DNA of 63,926 nt, filler included, from Intoshia linei (taxonomy: Eukaryota > Animalia > Orthonectida), in the NCBI GenBank assembly GCA_001642005.1. It is 8 parts of 8 records of this genome, joined end to end, with 100 filler letters (N's around TTAATTAATTAA, not from the genome) between each part and the next. Parts side by side here need not be neighbours in the genome. Positions count along the whole stretch, not along the records: positions 51,641 to 60,836 come from LWCA01001387.1; positions 60,937 to 63,926 come from LWCA01002172.1; 6 more parts are not named here. The stretch is one strand, 5' to 3'. The stretch's first letter is position 1, and the number at the start of each line of letters is the position of its first letter. A model generated the notes under the pieces. It saw nothing but the letters and a program-made list of their open reading frames with translations. It did no database searches and was not told where the DNA came from. The translations under genes and the position numbers were made by a program. Shown piece by piece: positions 52,939-63,926 of this stretch.

Positions 52939-54340
52939 AGGGTGTCCACTTTTGACACTTTACTGACTCACTTTACTGAACATTGGAAATGTAATTTAAA
53001 ACATCAATCCAAGATAAAATTCCAAAGTCTGTAATTTATTCCACCTGAAAATTTTTAAATTTTTTTAAAAAAACTAACTTTACTTAAATTTATTAATTAA
53101 AATTGAATTTAATTGAATTTAGACAACAGTTTTAACTCTAATGTTTCATCTGTTCTAACTGTTGATCTTATAATTTCCATTTGGGCAAGAGCTCGTTCCG
53201 ATATTTTGTTGGTATAAATTATCTTCATTGGTTTTAACTTTACATTCCAATGTCGTTTTAGACATTGACTAGCGGTAACATATTTTCCATTTAAATAATT
53301 CGATAAAATTAAATAATCGGCCACTTCGGAATATCTAGTATTAGTTTTATAATAATTTTCGATATATAAAATAATATTAACAATTACCTATAATTGAATA
53401 AGCATTTTACCCAATATGAACAAATAATATCACATGCCTAGACCATCTTAGCGTCTCTCATTCCTAAGAGATATGCTTTAATAGCGTAAATTGCATTTGT
53501 GTTCCATCTTGCATTGGATATATGTCCTGGATATTTGAATGATATTTTTGGATTTTTTTCAGATCGTTAAGTTAAGCATTAATGAGATCATGTTACTCCA
53601 AATAATATTTCTCCATATACCTTAAATATTAATGATATTTTTAATTTTTGTTGTTCCAAGTTTTAACATAGTTATCTTTAAGGTTTTCAAAATTTGTTCG
53701 AACAAATGCAACAAATAGGAAGTTTATATTTTGACCTACTACGTCATTTTTAAATATACATTTAAGAGTATGTTTGATAATTAGATCCAGAACGTAAAAG
53801 TGACAGCCTTTATATATAATTTATTCATTTAATGATTTAATTGTAAGCATTGCTGCCCATTTTTCTTTACAGTATTGGCATAGGTTGTATCACATATAAT
53901 CATTTTGATTCTATATACTCTTCAAGTATTTCAATTATGGCCTCATGCATAGTTTTACCTATTCCATTTACTAATGTTTTAAGAGAATACAAATAAATAA
54001 TCCTTTATTTATATTACTTAAATTATGAATTGAATTATATATATTATACAACAAAACGCTTCACATATTTATTCAAGTTTTGATAACTTGGGGTTCTTTT
54101 TCCATCAAAATATAGACATAAATCACCTCAAATAATGTTAACATATTTTTAATTTTAGGCTTTATCATATTTAATTATTTAATTTGTGCCTTGAAAATGC
54201 CACTTTTAGATAGTACATTTCAGTTCCAATTGAAATTATTTTTTTGACTTTACAAACGGAAACATTTGTAGATAATGAGGCTTTAGCTAACTTCTCAGAT
54301 TTTATTGATTTATTTGTGGAAACTTTATAGAAGACATTTT
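52939..54340 (-). mobile_element. Decayed hATm-like transposase
   Basis: TAGGGTGTCCAC terminus; remnants LYFDGK, ICDTTYANT, YPGHISNARWNTNAIYAIKAYLL and SERAL; related TAGGGTG/CACCCTA ends at about 9002, 27076, 41310 and 57262. Confidence 0.65.
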
Positions 54341-54744
54341 AAGAATTGAAATATTTCAATCACACCATTTTGTTTGCAATAAAAAGTTTCATGTTTACCA
54401 TAGGGCTACTTTTATTAGTTTAAATAAGGACACAGGTTAATGTACATATATATAGTCTATGTATGTTAGTATATTTCTATTAATATGATAATATATATAC
54501 TATTATTTATTGCGCATTTGGTAATAGTTACAATGTAAATTAACCAATGAACTTAGTACCATATCAATATATCGTAATTGAAAACATAGTAAATACAGCG
54601 TTATATATCATACTTAACATTCCATTAACTTCCTCCAATAAAACTTATTATAAGTACGTTCTCGGTAAATTTAATAAAAACTTCAATTTGTAAACCATCA
54701 TAAATTAATTCACAGTGTGAAATTGAAAGTAAAAAAATGTTTAC

Positions 54745-55322
54745 TTCAATATGAGACGGGAGCATTTGAGATAAATGATTCAGGTGTTTTTCAAAATCTG
54801 TATAATTTTGATCCTCCGTTTTAATAACTTGTGTATGCTACATTTAAATTTAAATTTAAAATAAAAGTAAATGATAAATTTAAACAAATATAAAAAATTG
54901 ATAATAAACCAATCTTTGGTATTTTTTAAGATTAGTATTAGTAGCAGAATCAAAATCTCCAGTAATTAAATCTGGAATAGGCAAATTTAATAATTTGACA
55001 TTGAGTTGATTAAATTGATTTATGGCTCCATCAACACATGAGCGAAATGTAGCTATTTTAAAAGTTAATAAATAAACTATAATTTCCTATTCAAATTCCA
55101 AAAAAATATTAATATGTTACCTCTTCTCCATAAATTAATAAAAATGGGTAAAAATTGTTGTTTCAATGGTGTATTCAATAGTACAACCGCAAAAGGTATA
55201 TCTGTACAAATAAAATTAATTGAAATGCATTTTTTATTATATTTACCATAATCACTAGTCAACACAGCCAATGGATGTATCGTACACTTTGATTTTATTG
55301 GAATGTTTTTGTCAAAAGACAT
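54745..55322 (-). CDS. TPK1: Thiamine pyrophosphokinase, 5' exons
   Basis: AVVLLNTPL...LWRR | ATFRSCVDGAIN...PDLITGDFDS | VIKTEDQNYTDFEK. Confidence 0.88.
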
Positions 55323-57964
55323 TTAAATTCTAGTAAACATTAAATAGGTATAATAAATGCATTTATCAATTTATGGTTACTTGGGATTTAGATATTGATT
55401 TTAATTTATACCTAACCTATTCAAATAATTAAATATTGAAATCAGCTTGTTTGATTCTGAGTATATATTATATTTTATGGTTCTTATTATTGTATTTCAC
55501 CTTTCACAAAAAATGGATATCTTTAATAATATATAATTATATAATGTATTCAACTTCAGATGATATCGATTTTTTTACATTGTTTAAAATAGGCAAATTG
55601 AATAATATCAACGTTGACGACGGTACATTAACTTGAAATGGGAGTAAGATGTGCAAATGCAACACATTTTATCAGAGTAAATAGAAAGACTTTAGTGCAT
55701 TTATATTTATAACGTTTACCTTATTGTGTAAACATCAACCCGAGATTAAAGAAGTAGATATTGAAAATATGCCAGTAGCAAAGAAAATAGTAGATATACT
55801 AAAATATAAATTCAAATAAAATTAAAATTTTATGATCTTAGGATTAACAAATTTAATAAACTTTACTAATACTAAAATTAATATACTATTACATGTAATG
55901 ATGAGAATATTTATGTAAAAATTAATTAGTTAATACTATTAATTTGACTTAGAGAACAAGTTGTAGAAAAGTCAATACGAGTGCATGAAATACTAATAAA
56001 TGTTTTAGTATAGATCTTATAATGGATAGAATTTATGCAATTTATTTGTTACAAAACTAATAAAATCGTATATAAACAATACACTAACATTATTGCATAT
56101 TAAGATCTCATTAATTCAGGATATTGGTGCAAATTTATCAATAGTAATGAGGATAATGAAAAACATTCTAATTACTATATACAGTCATGTATCGTTAGTG
56201 CATTTTTCGTTTGTGTATAATTTTAGTAAATGTTCCGTTATATAAAGTAGCCAGAAAAATATGTATATCATTTTTAGTTTATTTGGAATAAATTTTAAGC
56301 CGAAAATTTTTATTCATTATCATAGATAAGTAGTTTTGGCTTTATATTTAACACTAAATAAACTAAAATTAATAGTGCGTATATTTTATTATATTATTAT
56401 TACATTACGTATGAATATCTTTACATACATCAAAGTTGGAAAGAACTCACCCTTCGGGTTCGTGCAATCCAACAAACTCGTATGGAAAGTGAAAATTCTG
56501 CACTAGGTATGTAAATATAACTATTATATACTAGCCATGGATATATAATCGAATATCAACAATATTTAGTGAATAATTATTCAATTTTAATTTTGAATGG
56601 ATTCCATTTTATTGTTTATAAAAAGAAAATTTTTAATTATTTGGTTTTCCAATAATTATTTATATTATAATATATTTGTTACATTCAAAGACTTAAAGTG
56701 TAGCTGTTTATCAATGTTAAAAATATGATTTGTATACCACAATCTATAATGTATTTATCAAATGTATCAGCTTTCAAATTGTTTAAAGAAAATTATCCTT
56801 ACATTATTGCTAAATTGTAGATTTTTTGGGTGCTTACTGAAAATCTTTACCATAATAAAATTTTTTTGGATTTTATTAACGATTTAATTTCTCGAATTCT
56901 AAATAGCTAAATAGCCAATTAACATTGTTTAAATTTTATTCAATGCATAATATGATTTCCATAAAATCCAAAAAAATTGAGCTAGAAACAAATTTAAAAA
57001 AATAAACTGTATAACTAAACATGAAGACCAATATTATAAAGTCGGTACCACGTTTAAAATCTCAAACGCCAATTTCCGTTAAAATAAAGTTCGATTTTAA
57101 TTTCTCCATAATATGCTTAGTGATTTAAAATGACAAACGCAACTCGACTAGATAGCGTTAAATGTTTTTGATTGCGAATTAGTTTTCCTATTTTAAAAAT
57201 ACACACTTTTAGTGCTCATTGCCCATCAAATTCTAAAATTTTCGAAAAAATGTGACACCCTAATATATATGTATTAATTATTAATTATTAATTAATATGT
57301 TTATTCCAGTATATTTAAATAAGTAAGAAGCGTGGAATGTTTAAAATACCACTTTTATTTATTCAATTCTTATTTTGCGTCGATTAGATTTTATCGAAAA
57401 TTTCATTTTTAGAAATTGATTCCTTCAAGGTCAACAGCCACTATTATCCTTTTTTTTAAAAAATCAAACGAGTGATAGAATTATAAAAATATACAATATG
57501 ATAAAGACTTTAAAATCATCAACATTATGATAAATTTAAATTTTTAAAATCTTACACCTTCATGGCCAAAACACCAAATTACCTTTTTTTTAAAAAAATA
57601 TAAAATTAATATTCATCCTACAATTTCATTTTTCTAGTTTTTCTTTTAATTTAATGTTTTATTTAATATATCAATTTAAAATTTTGTAATTTATACTACA
57701 ATATAATCAAATTTTAAAATTTTCCGTATATGGATGCATAATAGTTTGAATCTAGTTGCACAATAGCTCGTATCTCAGTGCACAACTCTGTATAACCTAC
57801 ACCATACTGTAAATCTATCATACATGACCTTTTATACAAAGTACAATATATCAAAGATAATGTAAAGTTAGTGAGAATATCTGATGAAGCTTTTCAATGT
57901 ATTTAAAAAAAAACATTAAAAATTTAATTTTTTACAAATTTTATAATATGAATTATCAAAATCT

Positions 57965-60162
57965 TTAAAATGAGAATAAACTATTTTGAATATAAATACA
58001 AACATAAATACAACCGAGAATGTAAACAGTAAAATATATATAATGAGAATGATATATATATTTCGTTTTGAAAAAATATATTTTAGACTTGGTAAATTCT
58101 TTAGTAGTAGAAAGATTACAGTATTTTTGATAATGTACATTTGGATCAATTTTTTCATAAGCCGAATAATTTTGAGAAACATTAACATTTCGTATTACAC
58201 ATTTATTACTAGATAAATCTCTTTCAAATCTATGAGAGCAGATGTAATCTGTATAACAATCACGCATGTTCTTCTTTTGCATACGTAATGTATTAAAATT
58301 AACAAAGCAAGGCTCGTCACGTGTATCGTGATATCCAGTAAAAATATTTAAATAAGATGAAGTATATATAAAATCATTCTTATTACAAAACGACATTTTA
58401 AAATTTGAATTCATAGTAATAATTGTATTATTTTTATAATTAAAAAACACCAAATGTAAAATTAAATCGTCATCAATGCGATAGTAGAAATATTCCGATA
58501 ATTTCATGTCTTGGGTACCTAACATAGAGTACCAGCTTCGTGCACCATCTACCGAAAAATAAATGTGAAAATCTGAATAGGTTATCAGTGCCCCTTTATT
58601 TGATTGAAATTTTTCATTTGACGTCAAATCTCGAAATATATACATGACATTATACGTTTCCTCGTTAAATGGAGTGTACCAATTTTTAGTTCCATAGTTT
58701 ATATACAATTTCCATTTTTTTACAGTTTTTTCATTTGAATATGTTATTAATGTAATTTCTAGTTCAAACATTTCTAAAACTGTATTGATACAAATTTTCT
58801 TGTTTTTATTGTTAAATGGTAAAAAATTATCGCCGTTGTTATAAGATATAAAATTTTGGCATTTACCAGTGACTATTATCACTATGGTGTAATATCGGTA
58901 GGTATTTACATATATATCTACACTGTTAGTAAGTATTATTGGTAAGTTGATTGGTTTGAAATTTTTACAGTTTTTGTCACTGATATACAATCTATTGTTA
59001 GTTACATATTTTGCTCCAAATAGTAAATGTGCCAGTTTATGTCTTTTTAATGTCTGCTGTTGCTAAATTATATTTATAATTTTATATTTAACAATTATGA
59101 TACATTTGTGTATTTAATTATTTTTATTTAACGTGAATGTTAACAAAACAAAATTAATATGGAATAATTCCCTTTAAAGTAAAAAGTAATGTGATATGAT
59201 GGTTTCACCTGAAAATAATTTGGGAACCACTCATTTAAAGGATTGATAATAGTGAATATAGGATTTTTAAATTAGATTTTCAACTTGAATTTATTTTTTT
59301 GATATAAAAAAAATGTGCCGTCGGCAGAACTAGGTTCTGTTTGTACGTAGTACATAACAGTCAACCTAGTTATAAATATAAATCACCTCAACAAATATTA
59401 TTGTACGATGTCGTAATTTGCGAGAATAAATCAAAATAAATTGTTTGAAATTGACATATCTTTCATCCTGATCATCAATATTAATATTGTATATTTTATC
59501 ATGAAAAACTGCCACTTAATTAAAATTTTTAGTTACAGCAAACATTACGTCATCCAAAAATTGAGAATGAATTAAACTATTTTTGTTTTCCAGTAAAACT
59601 TTAAATTGATAGGTAAAAGCATTCAACGAGTATATCTTGTCATTGGTTTCAATAAAAATATATCTGGAGCTAATTGAATTCCAATAGGCTCGGTAGTCTT
59701 CTGACAAATTGTTTATTTCTATAATATTATCCTTCTTGACAATATGCAACACATACGATTGAACACAAAGAACACCTTCCTTGTTGAAAATGAAATATTT
59801 TGTAAACATCATATTTCTATACTTACTAATTTCCTTTAAATATAATTTATTTAAATATAACAACATGTATGTTGAATCGACAATATGTTTACGAAATGAG
59901 AAAAGTACAATATTACCTCTATGAACTACAAATAGTTCCGAAACAAAAGAAAACTCTTTCCATTTAGATAAGTTAATTTTTTTATTAAATAAATAATCAT
60001 TTGCTTTTTCGTCCAAATAACCGTAACATTACTTATTGTAATGAATTTAGTCCCATTGTCATGTAATCCATGCATCATTTCAGTGGACGTTTTAACCAAA
60101 TTGCATTTTACATTGTAAAAGTTGATTAAAATAAATATATGAAAGATTTGTAGTAATATCAT
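57965..60162 (-). CDS. Divergent VPS10/sortilin-like beta-propeller protein (possibly pseudogene)
   Basis: Signal-peptide-like start; Asp-box motifs SYNNGDNF and SVDGARSW; Cys-rich module FCNKNDF...PCF...DCY; apparent frameshift near 60010; Helitron end in intron. Confidence 0.55.
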
Positions 60163-60584
60163 TATATATTTTAGCTTCGTAAGAAATAATTTCAAATGTA
60201 TAAATTAATGAAAATGTTAATCAAACAATTTCGCAAACATACAATTGCATGTCAATTTTACGAATCTCTCGTATCGTTATATTGATATATACTTGTAAGG
60301 ATTACACTAAACAACATTAATAGACCGAGTAAATATACGTTACTTATAAATATTTTCATTTATAACAAGTTAAATAAATAATTTAAGTTGTCTATACTTT
60401 GTGGCAGTTACGTTTACAAACCTATGACACGTATCAGATATAATAATTAAAATCGTTAATAATTAAAATAATTATAATAATTACGTTATTATTAATTGAA
60501 ATTTAATATTATTTTTAATTTTTGTACAATATAGTAGTAGTATAAGATAAGTAAGTATAAGTAGTATAATAAACAATATAGTAA

Positions 60585-60836
60585 CAATTTGCATCAATAG
60601 AATTTAAACAATTTTTACAATCTATGGATATTCAATATTGTTTTACTGCTAATTATCATCCACAAAGTAACGGGCAAGTGGAAAATTTTAATAAAACTTT
60701 AAAGCAAAGATTGAAAATTGCTGTTCAAGATGGTATGAGCATTAGTGAAGCAGTTACAACAATTCTAGGCAATTATCGAATGTCACCACATACTATTACT
60801 GGGTACCCATCTATAGAACTACTACATGGAACAGCT
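60585..60836 (+). mobile_element. Gypsy integrase fragment
   Basis: QFASIEFKQFL...YHPQSNGQVENFNKTLK...YRMSPHTITG. Confidence 0.88.
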
Positions 60837-60936
60837 NNNNNNNNNNNNNNNNNNNNNNNNNNNNNNNNNNNNNNNNNNNNTTAATTAATTAANNNNNNNN
60901 NNNNNNNNNNNNNNNNNNNNNNNNNNNNNNNNNNNN

Positions 60937-61305
60937 TTGTCTTGCTACTGCTTTTGCTTCAAATTGTTTCCCAAACTGCTCACTGCAAAAATTTTTTGAT
61001 GCACCAGTGTCCACTAAGATGTGGACCAAATTGCTGGTGCAAAATGCTTTAATTAACATTGTGTGGAAAAATTTTTGCTAAAAAAATTTTTTCAAAAATT
61101 AAATAACACACTTGACTTTTATATGTAGTGGTTCAATGATAGATAGAGGAATTAAAGCTGAAGTTCAATCGAAGCTTGTAAGTTTAAGTCTCGAATCTAA
61201 CAAATAATGTGTAATAAGTAAGAATTAAAACTGCGATAACAGGTTTAATATAAAAGTGAAGTTACAGTTCAGGTTGAAATGAACTCCAACTTCACTGTTA
61301 CAACA
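60937..61305 (-). mobile_element. 5' end of a second LTR retrotransposon (182-bp putative LTR + aspartic protease)
   Basis: Minus strand TGTTGTAAC...CACTACA (61305-61124), then MLIKAFCTSNLVHILVDTGASKNFCS running into the gap. Confidence 0.65.
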
Positions 61306-63523
61306 AAACTTATATTATTTTGAAATTACCCATGTGAAAATGTATGAAAATAAAAGAATAAAGTTTTTCAAAATTATGCTGTGTATATCATAAAATACAC
61401 AGACAGTGAAAGGGTTAAATAATTAAAATGCCGTATCATGAAGCTTTTCTTTCAAAAATTAAGTTATCGATAAATGAGTAACAGATCAACTTTACTTTTA
61501 ATAATTGGAAAAATACTGTGCCCATCATCTACCAATTTAAATCAAAATTTTGATAAATCACTCAATATTTTTTATTTTGAAAAAATTAACACTGACCAAT
61601 GATAAAATAATAGTGATCAGATATGAACTTTTGTGTAAATTTTTGACCATAATGAGTTAAATTTTTAATTTTCTAATTTTAATCAAATGTATCCATCAAA
61701 AATACTTATTCGATCGGGGAATGCCATTTTAAATATGTCATGCAATTGTTTACAAATTTTTAATAAAAATTACATTAAATCTAAGCTGGGTGTACGTATT
61801 ATTAACACTCATTGGTTCTATATTGTACTGTATAATTTAATTTTTATATAAACTTAATAAATTTTAATCCTTTTTTGTTTAAAAAATGGATATATACGTA
61901 TATACTAATTATTATTTTAGTCCTTAATGCAATAATAAATATACAGGAAAACGAAATTTATAATGGTATATATAATTTTCACATTTTTTTTAAAATGTAC
62001 ATTGTTTACAATGTATATTATTTATTTATGATTTGTGTTTTTAAGCCGAAGATACTTTGGTCGAGTCCCTGTAATACTGGGTTATAGGTGAATTAGCGAA
62101 ATCTAGAATTATTTTTTTTCTACAAATTTTAATTTATCTAACGCATTTAAATATTTTTAATTTCAACGACTTAAACTACATACACACTTGTACTTGTACA
62201 ATGCACAATGTGCATTGCACATTTTACATGTATTCTGTTTTTTTGGATATTAACCCATTGTGACATTGACATAAAAATGATAATGTTTTAATGTTCGTAT
62301 TTATAAATGTTATAGTTATGTATATTTTATATTTCACTGACGAATTGTATTATTTATTATTAATTAATTACTTAATTAATTGTAATTTGAATTTTAATCA
62401 ATCAAAATTGCAAAAATGCGTCATTTAGTCTCAATGCATAAAATAGAAATGACGCATTAATGCGTCAAAATGTCTCAATGGGAAAATAATAATAATGGGA
62501 AATAAATATTAAATTAATAATAGCATGACAAATAATGAACGTTTCAGCATTTTACTGTGAAGGTTTTTGACTCTAATTTTGGCATTCAATGTCGACTCGT
62601 TATCAGTACATTCTAAAAAAAGTCTCAATCTGTATCAAGTATCAAAGTATCAAATCTGACAGGAAATACAGTTTCGTCGGATATTTTACTCCACTTAACC
62701 TAATTTTATTTTAATTAATATTAGCGTCACTCACCTCTACTCCCATTGTATATTAATAGTACTGAATGCATACAATTTTTCCAAATATTAATGTTATTCA
62801 GCTATAATTTTGCATTTAAATTATTAATAAATCAAAAAAAATGACATTAAAAGCATTACAATCATTTACTCATCAATAATCAATTTTTATCAATCATCAA
62901 GTATTATTTATCATTAGAGCTATAATTATATTTTTTTATATTAAACTTTCTTTAAGCAATGATAAATTTGACCTTTCAAACCAGTAAATTTGTCATATTT
63001 TTCTGAAATAATTTTAAATTATTATTATTATTTTATTTAACTAATTTAAGCTTGTTTCTTTTGTAAGTACAAGGTGTTGCAGTATTAGTATCTTATTACC
63101 ATTAAAAATTTTATCAATTTTAAATTATTTATTGATATAAAATAAAATTAAAAATGACATTTCTGCAATGATAGTAATTATTTTTAATTAACGCCATCTA
63201 ATTTAATATCTATTAAAAATTTCATAAAAAAAGTAAGAAATTGACTTCAAATTAGTAAAAAAATTAGTAAAGTAAAGTAAGAGATAAAATTATTATTAAC
63301 GGAATTTTTGATTCATACAAATTCGTTAATAAAAAATAAATTTTTTTGTCTCCTTGGCATACAATATTGGCCATATAATTAAATAACCAATAGAGGAAAT
63401 TGAACAAAACTTTAGATAATCATGTAACGTATATTTAAGTACACATATACAAATTTAATATTTGGTTGAACCGCTATTAGCACTAATGAGAGCATTTATT
63501 CTTCTAGTCATACCAATAATCAA

Positions 63524-63926
63524 CTATTTCGATAATTCTTTTATTCTTGGAGAATGGTTCCAAACCTTGTGTAATCGATCAATCAATTGTGTTTTTGTAT
63601 TAATTACTACTTTATGAACTTCATACTTCAGAATTGACCAAATATTTTCAATTTGGTTCATATCAAGAGAATTTCCTAGCCATTTCAACAGAGTAATACC
63701 CTTATTTTCAAAGAACGTCATTATAGACTTTGCTTTGTGACATTGTGCAGAATTTTGTTGAAATGTGTAATCAGTATTGTCAAAAAAATGGGGAATTTTA
63801 TTTAGGAATAATTCCATCACATTCTTGTACACTTTTTGGTCTATTGTTCCTTCAATTATCTGCAATTTGCTAATACCTTTTACGGATATAGCACCCCAGA
63901 CCATCACTTTCGCTGGAAATTTTACA
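63524..63926 (-). mobile_element. Tc1-type DD34E transposase, 3' part, degenerate
   Basis: VMVWGAIS, FQQNSAQCHKAK, WLGNSLDMNQIENIWSILK. Confidence 0.9.

Noticed and set aside
53109-53324. 71-aa ORF as possible TPK1 3' exon
   Set aside because: Lacks TPK1 C-terminal motifs and fits the C-terminus of the decayed hATm-like transposase.
1-63926. tRNA, rRNA or prokaryotic operon/defence systems
   Set aside because: None recognisable; spliceosomal introns and animal genes throughout.

Overview
Very AT-rich eukaryotic (animal-type) genomic scaffold, not prokaryotic. It has seven 100-nt assembly spacers (N44-TTAATTAATTAA-N44) and intron-rich genes, many with tiny (about 30-45 nt) GT-AG introns; the pattern fits a compact invertebrate genome, but the species cannot be fixed from sequence alone. 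Host genes: BAZ1A/ACF1 (complete), an orphan multi-pass membrane protein, Munc18/STXBP1 (5' part), LRRC57 and MOCS3 (convergent, overlapping stop codons), a NHERF-like multi-PDZ protein, GTPBP1 (5' part), an EF-hand protein (3' part), a septin (3' part), TPK1 (5' part) and a divergent VPS10-like receptor. Introns and intergenic DNA are full of mobile elements: a complete but decayed 3.6-kb Mag-type Ty3/gypsy element, Helitrons, hAT, piggyBac, Tc1/mariner (including DD39D), Chapaev and THAP remnants. The main discovery is 35.2-42.1 kb, largely missed by the ORF track: a patchwork of short transposon fragments and endogenous RNA-virus fragments (a rhabdovirus-like L polymerase piece with its GDNQ motif, fused in frame to a gypsy RNase H, and a picorna-like capsid piece). 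All coding fragments face the same way, antisense to GTPBP1, as in a uni-strand piRNA-cluster-like archive. Two different LTR elements also show a primer-binding site complementary to their own LTR (candidate self-priming). All homology calls come from motif recognition by eye, without database searches.
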